A stretch of DNA of 64,000 nucleotides. It comes from Basidiobolus meristosporus CBS 931.73 (taxonomy: Eukaryota > Fungi > Basidiobolomycota). The notes under the pieces are model-generated. The model was not told where the DNA came from. It was given only the letters and a program-made list of their open reading frames with translations, and searched no databases. The translations under genes were made by a program, and so were the position numbers. Shown piece after piece: positions 23,206-35,467 of this stretch (its first letter is position 1; each line of letters starts with the position of its first letter). The stretch is taken from NCBI GenBank assembly GCA_002104905.1, contig MCFE01000016.1, positions 186,001 to 250,000 of the forward strand, in the 5' to 3' direction.

Positions 23206-26200
23206 CTTCACCCTGCCCCACGTATTCCATCCCAAGTACTACTTTCATAGCCAGCATTTAAACTGATTAAACTCATTGCCTACCAGCCAGTTAGAATCCC
23301 ACATGATCGCTACTAGCGAACGCACGAAGTCCATTCCCCATCTTACTCCAGCCCTCTAACCATCGCCATGATTCCATCAAGGCAATAAATAACAGGCAAC
23401 ACAATATACAGATGTGTTTATGCACATAAATATATTTACGTGCGTGAGCCGCTCTGTTGTTACAAATGGTTGAACGTGGATTAGGGTGGATCTGAGTATG
23501 GTGTAATGGAGAAACCTAGATCAAGGCAATCATCCCACACCACAGCGATTCTTGGGGGGTGGGGGATGTCCATGGTTTCATCAAGACGATCTAAATTATC
23601 CACTGGCTGGATTCATCGCATGCTGAAAACGATTGGAGCCCTCTTCACGCCTGGTATAAGTGATCTTGAAGGAACAGGAGCCAGAGCTTGGCACCGGGCA
23701 GTGTGGCCGTCACCAATTTGGTCGGTGGCAAGCTGGTACCCAATAGAGAGCGTGGCCCACGGTTTCACCTGCAGTTCCATAGTTTATTTTGTTCTTGGAA
23801 GCCATGAAAATCACCAACTTACTAATCCCCATCACCTGTCAAAACGGATGAGCTGTCAGAAGCAAGGAATGTAATGCAAGGAATGCCCGGCATTTTCCCA
23901 CGGCCAGTGAAAACTTCCACCCATCGACGGGTACGGCCAATGAGCTTCGCGGATGGTCAATGTTTTTCCAGTTTCATGACTTCGTATTCAAGACAACCAA
24001 GTGTAGTGGGAACTATGTGAAAACTGGGGTTCTAAATATGGCTTAGCGAACGCGAGAGTATGTGCTGAGAAAGCCGGTCGGGGTTTCGAAGCATTACCCA
24101 ATGCGGCGTCGCTTCGGCTTATATTGATCTACATCAAGTAGCAACCATTCAAGGTGGTCGTCATTCCTATTCTGCACCATGCTATGGCTTGTATCCCCCA
24201 CCACAATGGCGCGATGAGTCAGGTGGTAATGTTGGGTTGTATTTGGAATGATCTGGATCAGGTTGATTAACACATGTCCATCTAAACCGATTTTCACGGC
24301 GGTGATCCAGATGCACTTACGACTCCCTCCAGAGTCTCCGATTAGCTCCGACCCATTGTATTCATACGAATCATGCTGAATGAATCACGGCGCACACCGA
24401 ATAGATCCATCAGCACTCGGATCTCAGGGAATGTGGGTTGATACGGAGCAGAGAGGGTGTTACGAGTGCTTCCGTCTCTTCATTTATTTCATGCGCAACA
24501 GCATGAATCTGCTCTAGTACAATATGGACCTTGTGCAATGATCCTACTGAGCAGTTTGGTCTTGGCCTTGAGGCACTAGAAACCCTGTCCAGAGAGATTT
24601 ATACTGGATACACTAGCTTTTGTGCTAGTAACATGGAACCAACATCAGCATGAAACCCCGTTCCATATATGGGGTGTGTTAGGTTTCTAATATGGATGCT
24701 GCCTTTGCCAAAGCATCCGATCCGGAAAAATCACGTCGGTGGATGCCATAATGGTTGACGAAGAGCCTCATCCCTGGAAGAGCGCAGCACGGTGTGAAGT
24801 GTGTAAAGTCTTGAGCTCCTCGGCGTATAGGTTTCGGAGCCCGGTTAGATCTCCAGTGATCTCAGCGGGCAGGAGTCGGCCCCAACTGCTGGTTCCAGGC
24901 CTGGGCGTGTACATGGGAATCAGGAGTAGCCAACCTCCTGGCCCCGAAAAGAGCCAACTCTAGCCTCTACCCAAGGGAGTTGCCGTGCAAACCGACGGCG
25001 CTTCGCTATCTTCGCATAAATCAATTTTCTATCAAGTTTCAAATAAAGATGGATTAATCTGGTCATTTCTACCGGAGTTGGGTCGCATCCGAGTGGTAAT
25101 TTATGCAAATCGGCCCTGAAGGCAGCGATATTGCAACATCTCATGACATGACTAATTGATTGCTACGAATACTGGCTCCACTATTGCCAAACAACAAATT
25201 GTTGAGATAAAACACGCGTTCTCCTGTGCAATCATTGTGAAGGAATACTACGATTGGCTCGAGTGATGTGAGCATCAAATTGGCTGTGACCAGAGATATT
25301 ATTTGTGCCAAACGGTTTCAGAGTGCGAAATCATAACAACAGCTAGTCGTGGCCGGAGTAAGGCTGCCTGGCAATCACCCATCCCACCCACCCACCTGCT
25401 CGTCTTTGCATTGACGACGTCCAGCCGAGGCCAATCCCATGGCCTAAAGCAAGTGCCCAGAGTTTAGACTTGGCGACTGACGTTCTAGCCCCGTGCCCGG
25501 GAGAATCCACGAAGTTGAATGCCTCTATCGCAAATAGGCAACTAGATTTACATTAGCTTGAATCTGCTGAACTACCCCAGTCTAGATCTCAGTCACAGGA
25601 AGCCAACTTCCACGTGATTGCACCGAGCTCGCAAAGTGATTGAGCATCGGGAGATCAGAATTGAATATCTATCGAGAAATAAAATTCGAGGATTTCGAGC
25701 AACTTCCAAAATTATCATATTAGTATCATTAATGTGTGTCACACCCACCTATTAGTATCTACATAATTTTCTGCCTAATAGAGACAAGTGTTTCGAAAAT
25801 GCAGTAACAGTACTCATTCCGTTTTACTAGTTTCACCGTTAGGAATACAAAATCTGTCTATTTATGTTGAAATGAGCTATTGACGAAAGAGATCTCATTC
25901 TGGATGGAAAGTCAAAAATATAGCAGTCAAATCGGTTACTATTCACTGAGCCACTCGCTGAATAATTATCTCATTTCGGAGGGTTTGGATTGCTCAGGCA
26001 ACGTATTGAGTTGTATTCAGTCCGCCCTAGTTCCTTTCAATTTCTGACGTTTGGTTTGTTCAAATATCCTGAATCTCGGTGCCACAAAATCTTTTCCCAG
26101 CTGTGCGAAGGTTTCGGTTAGCTTGATTCAGAATGGTATAAAAGCGATCGCTCTTCCCCTCTTCCTACAACTGTCAATCGTTTAAACACTTACTAATCCT

Positions 26201-27983
26201 ATGAACGCTCTCACAACGCACAAGTGGCAGGATTTGCCTTACGAGATATTGGCCCTCATTTTCCCGTACTTACAACCATTCCAACACGACTTGTTTGCTG
26301 CCTCTTTGGTTTGCCGACAATGGTATAGTTTCGCAGTAGGAAACTTATGGCATACACCCCAGTTCAATTCGGTGGGTTCCTTTGATGTGTTCGAGAAATG
26401 TTTACAAGCCCAACCTCATGGTACACTTGCTACTGGCTTCATCTTATCCACTGCCCGCTATCTCACCAACCTTTTGATCTTTTTTAGCTTGCCAAGTCGT
26501 TAGAGAATTTCATCTGAAGCACTATAAAGGCCATCTTTTCCCATACTCCTCCATTCAAGCAATTGTAAGCCAACTGCCAGCCTTGACGTCCATCCAACTT
26601 CCTCTATACAACCGAGTAAATGGCTCCGGACCATCGGCGGAGTGCCTGTTCTCATTAACACAGGCGAAGCCGAATCTTCGTAGACTCCGGTTTAGTTGTG
26701 AGGAAGACAACATCCAGCTGATCACCGCACCCGAGAAGTTCTTTTCCTTCATGAGAAACTGCCCCAACCTCACGGAGCTCGGTTTTCAAGCACCTATGTA
26801 CCAACCAACAGAACCTGTTCTGGCCTCCACTTTGCCTGAACGGGTAGCCGAATTCAGAAAAACTCTCTTCCCGATAGAGTCTCTCAAAACCCTGGAGTTG
26901 AACGGTGCCGTGGTGGAAATGACTCTATTTACCTTGTTTTTGCCTATGGCGCCCAACCTCCAGAGCCTTTCGATCAATCTCAACGGAATCCAGGAGGATT
27001 TCATCGGAAAGATTGCTTCCATTTCCCCTCAGATCCAGTCTTTGAAGCTTGCCTCAAAAGACGTGTATTCAGTCAGTCAATTGGTGGAAGATATCGCATA
27101 TTATTTCCCGAAATTAAGCCAGTTTGATTTATCCCTGGCGTCTGCACATCCTAGTCAAGCTGACGACCAAAGCCTATCGAAGTTCTTTGAGATCAGCTCG
27201 GGTTCTCTGACCTCCCTAAGATTAGAGCGTACCGGTCTAAGTATCCACGGTTTGGTTTCACTGGGCAAATACGTCTCCAAAAATCTTGAGCACCTGAAGC
27301 TTCACGAAGGGTTTCATTCGCACGACGGAGAATTGGTTGCCGCGCTGGAGAATATCTTGAAACGTTGTGGGAACAGTCTCAGGATTTTCGATTTGCGGGA
27401 TGTCGATGGGCCATTGGAGGCTAGAATCGGTGAGCTGATATCGAAGTATTGCCCCAATTTAGAGGAGCTCTCCCTAGGTGCCCATAATTTCTGCGAAGCT
27501 AGCCTGTTATCAATCGTGCAACAGTGCGGGACTCGCTTGCGCAAGTTGAGTCTTATGGGTGGCTCTGGAATGACGCCTAACGTGGTCCAGACTATCACCG
27601 ACAAATGTCACTTGATTCAAGATCTGCGTATTCCCGCAAGCTCCCGTCGGTCGAAACGACAAACCGCGTTAGATTCAACCGTTCTTATTCCATTGATACA
27701 GAAACACGGTGCACGTCTCACTCATTTGAATGTGAAGTATTGGTCCATCAGTAACGACATCTTAGACACCATCGCAACTCACTGCACTCGTAGTCTGCGT
27801 GTGTTGAGGATAGAGCGTAATGACACGCTATCTCGTCCAGTCCTACTGAAAACGCTGAGATCCTGTCTCAACCTGGTTTCTGTTGATCTGTTAGAGACTA
27901 CTTCGTCGTGGACACTCCCAGACTTAATAGAGAAGGAGGCTGAGCGCAGATCCATATTAGATGACAACTGCTGGTATGATTGA
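26201..27983 (+). CDS. F-box / leucine-rich-repeat (RNI-like) protein
   Basis: F-box WQDLPYEILALIFPYL...ASLVCRQWY; one intron (GTACAC...TTTTAG) joins in frame to ORF 26583-27983 with LxxLxL repeats (CPNLTELGF, CPNLEELSL). Confidence 0.85.
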
Positions 27984-29356
27984 TTCATCGATGATATCAA
28001 TCGGAGCTAGCCTACATCACCCACCACACCCACACGGCCATTTACGAAAAACGATCTTCACTTTGTATACACGTAGACAATAGTCTTCCTTGGGATTCAT
28101 TTTATACATAGCGTCAGCTCCTGAGGAAGATGCTTCTCTATCCTTGACCTTCCCCTGCGGCAAGAATCTTGCTTCTGTGTGACTGCCGCCCCATTCAGCA
28201 TCTTTCGTCTTTCATGCATCTATCCTTACACTTGTACACATACATTCTTCATACTTCATTGCTACAGCATCCAAGTAATGCTCAAATATACATATTTCTA
28301 TTGCAACTACACGATACAAGTCAGCCTCGATTGTGTACTTTTGTATCCATATTGGAGCACCTTTTCGGCCGAATAGATGATGGAGGCGGAGGGGCCTAGG
28401 TATCCTGCCGATGCCATATATTTAGAATCTCAGTGGAATGGCCTAAGCCACCGCGACTTGGCCATTGACACCATGCTCAAATGACTCAGCATGATCTGGT
28501 GCGGATAGAATATATATAGGCCCATTGCATTGAGGCTATTCTAATTCCCAGCCTTCAGGCCGATTTTGTCAATGGGCCAGGTTCCATTCTAATGTCTATT
28601 GCTTACAATCCATACCACGATCGATGGAAAAATTTTGGCATTGCCTCGGCTGCATCAGGGAACCATGGCCCCGGCCAACATTGTGTAAAGGTAATCTTCG
28701 ATTCATCTATTTACTCACCAAATATAATATTTGCTCTCACTGGTCCCGGACTGGAAATCAACCAGAGCACACAGTCTGATAAGACAAACAATCAGCGGAT
28801 AATACGATGTAGCAGCTTAATAAGTGATTGGTGCACCACCGAGGTAGCCAGGTCACTATAAGGTGATAGGCAGTTGCGGTGTTTTGGAAACCGGCATTAG
28901 GAGGTCGAGGCGGATACTCTTGATCCGTGCTCATAGGTATATCTACTTCGATGTATATATGTTGGCATTAGAAACGACCGAACTTATCACGGTTTCTCAG
29001 GTTCATCTTACCGCCTTCGAAATTCCACATACTTGCTATGATATCTGGTGGGTTTAGAGTTGGCCATGATAGCAGCAGCATCTACCACATAATGCTCCTT
29101 CATATGTTTGTAGTAGCTGTAATGTAACACTGTATTTTCCACTTATCCCGAATTATCCCATATCGCTGAGAATGAGCGCAGATGGATACAAGACCAATTT
29201 ATTATTGAGCCTGGTTGAGTAGTGCATAACACGAGGAATGCCAATTTGCTAAACTCGTTTTTCAGTCACTAAATAGTTACAAGTGGTAGAAAAGTGGAAT
29301 GGCATGTGGGCCAGATTTACCACATGCCAGCACCCCCAGACAGCACTACCAAAGCT

Positions 29357-31318
29357 TCAACGCCCTTTTCCTAAGACTCGATCTAAATTGAATGCGGCTG
29401 ATATCAATGCAATATGCGTAAATGCTTGAGGAAAGTTCCCCAACGATTCACCACTTTTGTTGATCTCTTCCGAGTACAAGGACAAGTGGTTCGTATATCC
29501 TAACATCTGCTCGAAAATGACCATCGCATGATAAAGCAGCGCTTTATCATACTTGCCCGCCCTCGTAAGCGCTTCCACCAGCCAGAATGTGCATAATGAG
29601 AAGCTACCTTCCTCCCCACCCACCCCATCTTCGGCTGCCATATGGTTGTATCTGTAGACCAGGTTGTTCTCAACGAGACCTCCTTTCTCAGGTATCTTCA
29701 TGATGGCTTTGATGGTTTTCAGCAGCCGAGGGTCGGATGGTGCAATGAAGAATACCAATGGCATCACCAAGATGGCCGAATCCAGCGTAGTAGGTGACTC
29801 GTATGATTGAGCGAAAAATTCCAGTTCAGAATTCCAGCCTTTCTGCATTATCTCGGTGTAGATCACGTCTCTTATGGTGAGCCATTTCACTTTATCAGTG
29901 CACGGGAAGTTGCTCCTCTTTTCGGTAAACCGTATGGCACGGTCCAATGCCACCCAGCACATGACTTTGGAATAGATGAAATTTTGCTTGGCACTTCGGA
30001 CCTCCCAAATACCCATATCCGGCTGATCCCAGGCCTCACAAACGTAGTTCACCAGCCGAGTGACATACAACCACATGTCATACGAGATGGGTTTGCCGTT
30101 CTTATTGTACAAATAGATTGCATCCAAGAGCTCTCCATATATATCCAATTGTAGGTGGTCTGCTGCCCCGTTCCCTATACGTACTGGTCTTGATTCGCGG
30201 TAGCCTTCCAGATGATGTAGTTCTATCTCTTCCAAGTCCTTCTCGCCATGTATAGTATACATGATTTGTAACGAGCCATCGGGATTCATGTTGGACAGGA
30301 TACGCTCCAAATAGCCCATGTAGGCGTCAGCCTCCTCAATAAAGCCGAGTCGAAGTAGGGCGTATATTGTGAATGCCGAATCCCGAATCCATGTGTACCG
30401 GTAATCCCAGTTTCGCGAACCCCCAAAATGCTCAGGCAAACTGAAGGTGGGGGCGGCGACGATAGCGCCGGTTGGAGCAAACACCATCAGTTTCAGGGCC
30501 AACGCACTTCGCAGTACGGTCTCGCGCCATTTGCCGTTGTATGTTGAGTGGCCGATCCACTTTCTCCAATAAGACAAAGTGCCATTGAATAGCTTCGACA
30601 CGAAGAAGTTGGATAGATGAGGATCGAGCCCGGGGTCTTGCGGAACCTCACGCAGAATAAATGTAATCGACTGTCCTTCGGATAGCGTTATTGTGGTGGA
30701 AACACCGGGGCCTAACATTCCTTCTCTTTCCTCTATATCATACTTCCAGAATGGAGACTCATGCTCGCCGCAATCAAAAGTAAATCTAAGATCCATTGTC
30801 AGCTCAGGAGAGGCAAACTCCACCCTCCACGGCCCTAAGTGATCCTCACTCCTGGCATCTTGCATAACGTGCACGGTGGTGGTATGCTTACTTCGTGCGT
30901 AATTGAAGGCCGGGAAGCATTCTAATTTCACCTCGATCGTTCCTCTTATCGCCTCAATCCTGCGAACCATCCACGGTAGTAACACATTGCTGTGGCCAGG
31001 GATTTCTTCTGGATGATTCATGAAATCGGTGATTTGGGACACCCCATGATCGCTCAGGAACTTAGTGGTGAGTATATTCGAATTGGGCAAATACTGTTGT
31101 TTTATGGAAGTGTAATTCAGGGGAGTAATCGAAAAATGGCCTCCTTTATTCTTGTCCAAGATACGTGCAAACACGGAAGGGCTGTCGAAGTGTGGGTAGC
31201 AGTAGTAGTCGATCGCACCATCGGTTGAGGATAGTGCTACGGTTCGCATGTTTCCAATCAGCCCATAGCTTTCGATGGGTAGATAGCCAGTTTCACTGCG
31301 ATCTTTGTAGGCAAACAT
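29357..31318 (-). CDS. Glycoside hydrolase family 15 (trehalase/glucoamylase-like, with trehalase-like N-terminal domain)
   Basis: 653-aa single-exon ORF; PIESYGLIGNMRTVAL, FDSPSVFARILD, RNWDYRYTWIRDS, QLDIYGE, GIWEVR, LYSEEI...LGNFPQAFTH. Confidence 0.92.
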   Translation of the reverse strand: MFAYKDRSETGYLPIESYGLIGNMRTVALSSTDGAIDYYCYPHFDSPSVFARILDKNKGGHFSITPLNYTSIKQQYLPNSNILTTKFLSDHGVSQITDFMNHPEEIPGHSNVLLPWMVRRIEAIRGTIEVKLECFPAFNYARSKHTTTVHVMQDARSEDHLGPWRVEFASPELTMDLRFTFDCGEHESPFWKYDIEEREGMLGPGVSTTITLSEGQSITFILREVPQDPGLDPHLSNFFVSKLFNGTLSYWRKWIGHSTYNGKWRETVLRSALALKLMVFAPTGAIVAAPTFSLPEHFGGSRNWDYRYTWIRDSAFTIYALLRLGFIEEADAYMGYLERILSNMNPDGSLQIMYTIHGEKDLEEIELHHLEGYRESRPVRIGNGAADHLQLDIYGELLDAIYLYNKNGKPISYDMWLYVTRLVNYVCEAWDQPDMGIWEVRSAKQNFIYSKVMCWVALDRAIRFTEKRSNFPCTDKVKWLTIRDVIYTEIMQKGWNSELEFFAQSYESPTTLDSAILVMPLVFFIAPSDPRLLKTIKAIMKIPEKGGLVENNLVYRYNHMAAEDGVGGEEGSFSLCTFWLVEALTRAGKYDKALLYHAMVIFEQMLGYTNHLSLYSEEINKSGESLGNFPQAFTHIALISAAFNLDRVLGKGR

Positions 31319-34300
31319 TGTTGAGTGGAGGGAAGTAATAAGGTGGGTTTCCTGGTAGCCTAACTTTTATACTACTCATTTCCGAGGTACAGTTCGGAGC
31401 AGTGGTATTCATCAATTCTCTGATTTGGAGCTCGCCCACGCACTCGGCATGGTTGACTCAAATATGAATCGAGGCGGCAGGGTCGACCTATGAGGAGGCT
31501 CAATGGGATGTTGTGACTAATCTCTTTAGGCAAGACTAAAACTCACAGGCGGCCTTAACAGTAGATATGCGCCAATGAAGATCCTGTAGAGTCGATACCC
31601 ATTAGTAACTGGAGCAAAGAGCAGCCTGTCAAGTTTGCTAGCTAGTGTTACGACTCGATCAGTTGAGATTGCAGGAAACATCACTCTCTACTGGCTAAGT
31701 CTTTCATTTTTCCAGGGAGAAAAGGATTGGTCGGCTCACCCAGCATGAACTGCTTTTAATACTTAGGCGAGAGTCACTGAAATACTATCAGATAAATATA
31801 ACCATGGGTATTTGAAGATCACCCACCGCCGACATTCGTAGGTAACCATTAGTAATGTGCTAGAATCACCAGTCATGTACACATCAGTTTGCACACTTGC
31901 GGAATACTGGTAAGTATTGCCAAGAGCCTGGCCGGAAAAATTCGTCCAAAAAATGCAATCCCAGTCTTGAGTTTGAAATGATGACAGCCTAATGGCTACT
32001 GCTTATTAGTGAGCGATTTAGTGATTGCGGGTAATCGCTTCGTTACGCTGCGACTGGCTTCAAGAGATAATTGGTAAACGATGAGAGAAATATGTCGTTG
32101 TTAAGCTGCTACCGCTGGTAACAATATGTTCATCGCTTCTTGCATTATTGGCCCACTTTATGCAGCTTCGTAATCTAACACGACCCATTTATTGGTCGCT
32201 GGTGTGAAAATGCTGTAAACATTTGCGTAGTGCGTATTTATTATTCAATAGTATTTTTTCATGCAAAGCTAATTTCATTCAACACAGACAGGCCCAGCTC
32301 ATTAAAATAGCACCCTAGGCATCTTCTAATTAGAACGTGTCTTTGAATCGTAGATCCATATCTGAAAAGCTCAACTGCAATATACAGACGTAGAGCACCC
32401 CGCAAAGATGCTGATCATGCCTAAGGCCTGCGACCCAGCGTCTATTAACCGGCATTTGCAAATTTCAAGGCGTGTGCTCAACCGCTTGGGTGACTGCTAT
32501 GATGACTGTCAAACATACATTGGTCAGAACGAAGGGCAACTTAAGAGCTACATATATCGTCAAACATGTAAAAGATACCATTCAAATAGAGTCTTCAAGG
32601 GAATTCATTGATTTGAATCCCAGTTCTGGCCGGAAAATAATACGATGTCTCTTATGTTTACTATGGAACAGACTCTTGCTCTTTCTCCCAATCTCTCTAC
32701 TAGCGTAGAGGGCCACAAGGTTCATATTCTTAGGTTTGATTGGATTGGACCTCAATAGCATACCATCTATAATATTCCCCATGTTTGATTTACTCCACGT
32801 TCATCTGTATATCTCCGCAGTTGACAGTGTGTCATTTGGCTTGGACTGGTTACGAATCATATCACACCTGACGCCCACTCTGTTGTCGCTGAACCCGTCG
32901 TTGTTCAATGAGAGGGCCAGTGAACAGCGTAAAGAGATACGAGAACGGTGAGGGCACAATTAGGGACGAGTGCTCGCTCCAGCCAGTTTTGCGGCAGAAA
33001 TCTCGATGTGCCAGATTTTCTTCCAACCACCAGTGCCGCTGGGATATGGATAGGATCAGACGATAAATGAAAATGCAATTGATTGGATCAAATGTCAGGT
33101 TGGGTTTTCTATCTAACCTTCTGGTTATGCCTGTAAGGTAGCTGAAAGTGGCTTTCGTTAGTTCGAACGAGTGACTTTTTGAGCGATACTTCAGTACCAT
33201 CCGTCCAAACGCCTATTAATACGCTGGAAGGATTTCCGCTAGAATGTTTTGGAACTCCTTTGGCGTATACAACCACCACGAAGGCATTTGCCAGGCGGTC
33301 TTGAAAGACTTTAATACGGTTTCACAGGCAAGTTGTATGTATGGAAGATCTCTTTCAAGAATACTCCTCTGATCTGACCCTGAAACCTGGTGGGTCAGTC
33401 GAAGAGCCAACCAAATCGGAAATTTGTTCATCTAGGGGTGACCAAAGCCCAATCCAGAACGGATCGAAGCCCGGCAACTAGTAAACCTCGCAGAGCCACC
33501 ACGGTACATCCCAGCCCGCTCAACATTTCATTTTTTGATTGATGCTAGTTTCCTTGATCCGTGGGAATGCTCCCATCGTGAGGGTGCGAAGCCCAGCTGC
33601 TATTGGGAGCAAACACGTACGTATCCGAATTCCAGCGCCCACTACCTGCAGAACACACGATGGGATATAGGGCGCAACAGTCGATAACCAGGAAAAAGCG
33701 ATAACAAAACTGTGTGACCCAGGCTGGCTTTCTAATATTTCGTATTAGCAGCACAATGAACCAAACGCCGCATCGGCCGGATAATGATGAAGACCTTCAA
33801 GGACGAGGGCTACATCAGGACTGGTATCAGCAAGGCGTTAGTGCTCCATCTCGTCTCATAGTGATAGGTGTCCTGGAACATAAAATATGATTGATACACA
33901 AGAATCTTTCAGATCAAACGCCCAGAATCCGATCAGTTGCCTGGTTTAAGATCACCAAAGCGACTAAAAGCATCGCCTGCAACAGGGAATGTTGGTAGGT
34001 TTAGTGTTGGGTGATTGTCGTTGATGCCAAGTTTCATAAAGTCTTGAATCAGGAATAAAGGGCCAGTTCCATAAGAGTCAACTGCTGTCCGCATATCTCA
34101 CCGAAACAGTACGTCAAGCGCTGATGTGATGGTTGAAGAGCACTTGTTGCCAATGTATAATCCAATGCCATATCTCACAATGCCCCTCAAAACAATCAGG
34201 TTCAATTTGATTTAACCCAGTATCAGTGCAGGCTTGCTTCGCAACAGGCCGCTACGGCTGCTGTAAATCTCACCACTGCTGTCAATATCTTCAGCGGTAT

Positions 34301-35467
34301 CAGCATGATGCACCAGTCTGGACAGACAAGAGTGAGGTTTTCGAACAACCTAGAGAACACCTTACTGCAACCAGGGTGGGACGCAATTGTTGGATTCTGA
34401 TCTCGTACCCGCCTCATTAGCAGCAATATCAGAAGAGTGCCTTTTCATGGACTGTCCAAGCTCGACAACAATGAAGTGTGATCGTGAGTCAACCTTTTCA
34501 AATCATGAAAATGGAGGTTTCTGTATGCTCCTCACTAGTACAGCCATGCCATGAAATCCAGTACTAACCCCTTTTCTGATAGTCTCGAAACGCATTGAAC
34601 AACCCTGCTGGCCAGACATCTTACACACCTGTGACTATGGACGAGTATTTATGAAGCGCCAATAAATAGACTTTCGAAGGCCAAAATGGCGTAGGACCTC
34701 GAAGTGGCATACTAGGGACGGCATATCAAATAACACGAAATCAGTGCCAACGTGAGCACGAATTCTAATTTCAGTACATTCAAGGAGCATCTTGTATCAT
34801 CATCCACCACCTGAATATATGGCTAATCTATTGTCAGTTCATGCTTCTCATAGATGAGCAGCAGCACCAGAATTCATGCACGGCCATCGTTTTCGAGTGA
34901 CAACGGCTATGTTACTAGTACTTCATTTCCATCGTGTTACAGCCTCATTATTTTGTATCGTATACGGTGCGTGTGCGTACATTCTCTATTAGGTCTTATT
35001 TGTAGATTATAATTAACAGTCAACTAGCAATAATTACGAATCCATATATGCGTAATTTCTTACTTCATCCACACTTGGATCTATTCTTCAACGGACGGAT
35101 TCAGCGTCCATTTGTTCGGCTAGAAGACTCCCATATGCTTTGCACATCATGATCCGTCACCATGCTCGTTTGCCGGTAGCCTTACAGTGAGTGGTAGGAC
35201 GGTATCGAATTTATTTGAAATATCTGGAGCATGCAGTAATGTTGTCTGCTAGAAGTGAGATGCTATGAAGGTGGATACTCCTAGAGTTGCTTTACAGAAG
35301 AAATTCTACTGCCAATGAATTCCACTGCGCTGAGAAGCCTTCAATCAACATTGCCCTTACTCAGTGGAATAAGAAGCATTGGCCTTTACATCTATTTTCA
35401 ACATTCACAACCTAGCTTACATCCTGTCCGTTGCAAAGACCAATTAGTGGATACACCTCTACGGGGA

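Noticed and set aside
23500-25200. Several short ORFs with protein-like patches (e.g. LDRKLIYAKIAKRRRF)
   Set aside because: Frames are interrupted and the homeodomain-like resemblance is too weak; at most an unidentifiable pseudogene.
32800-34500. Fragmentary frames on both strands (32862-33431 minus, in frame but separated by TAA TAG; plus-strand pieces 33735-34420)
   Set aside because: Could not assemble a consistent gene model or recognise a family.
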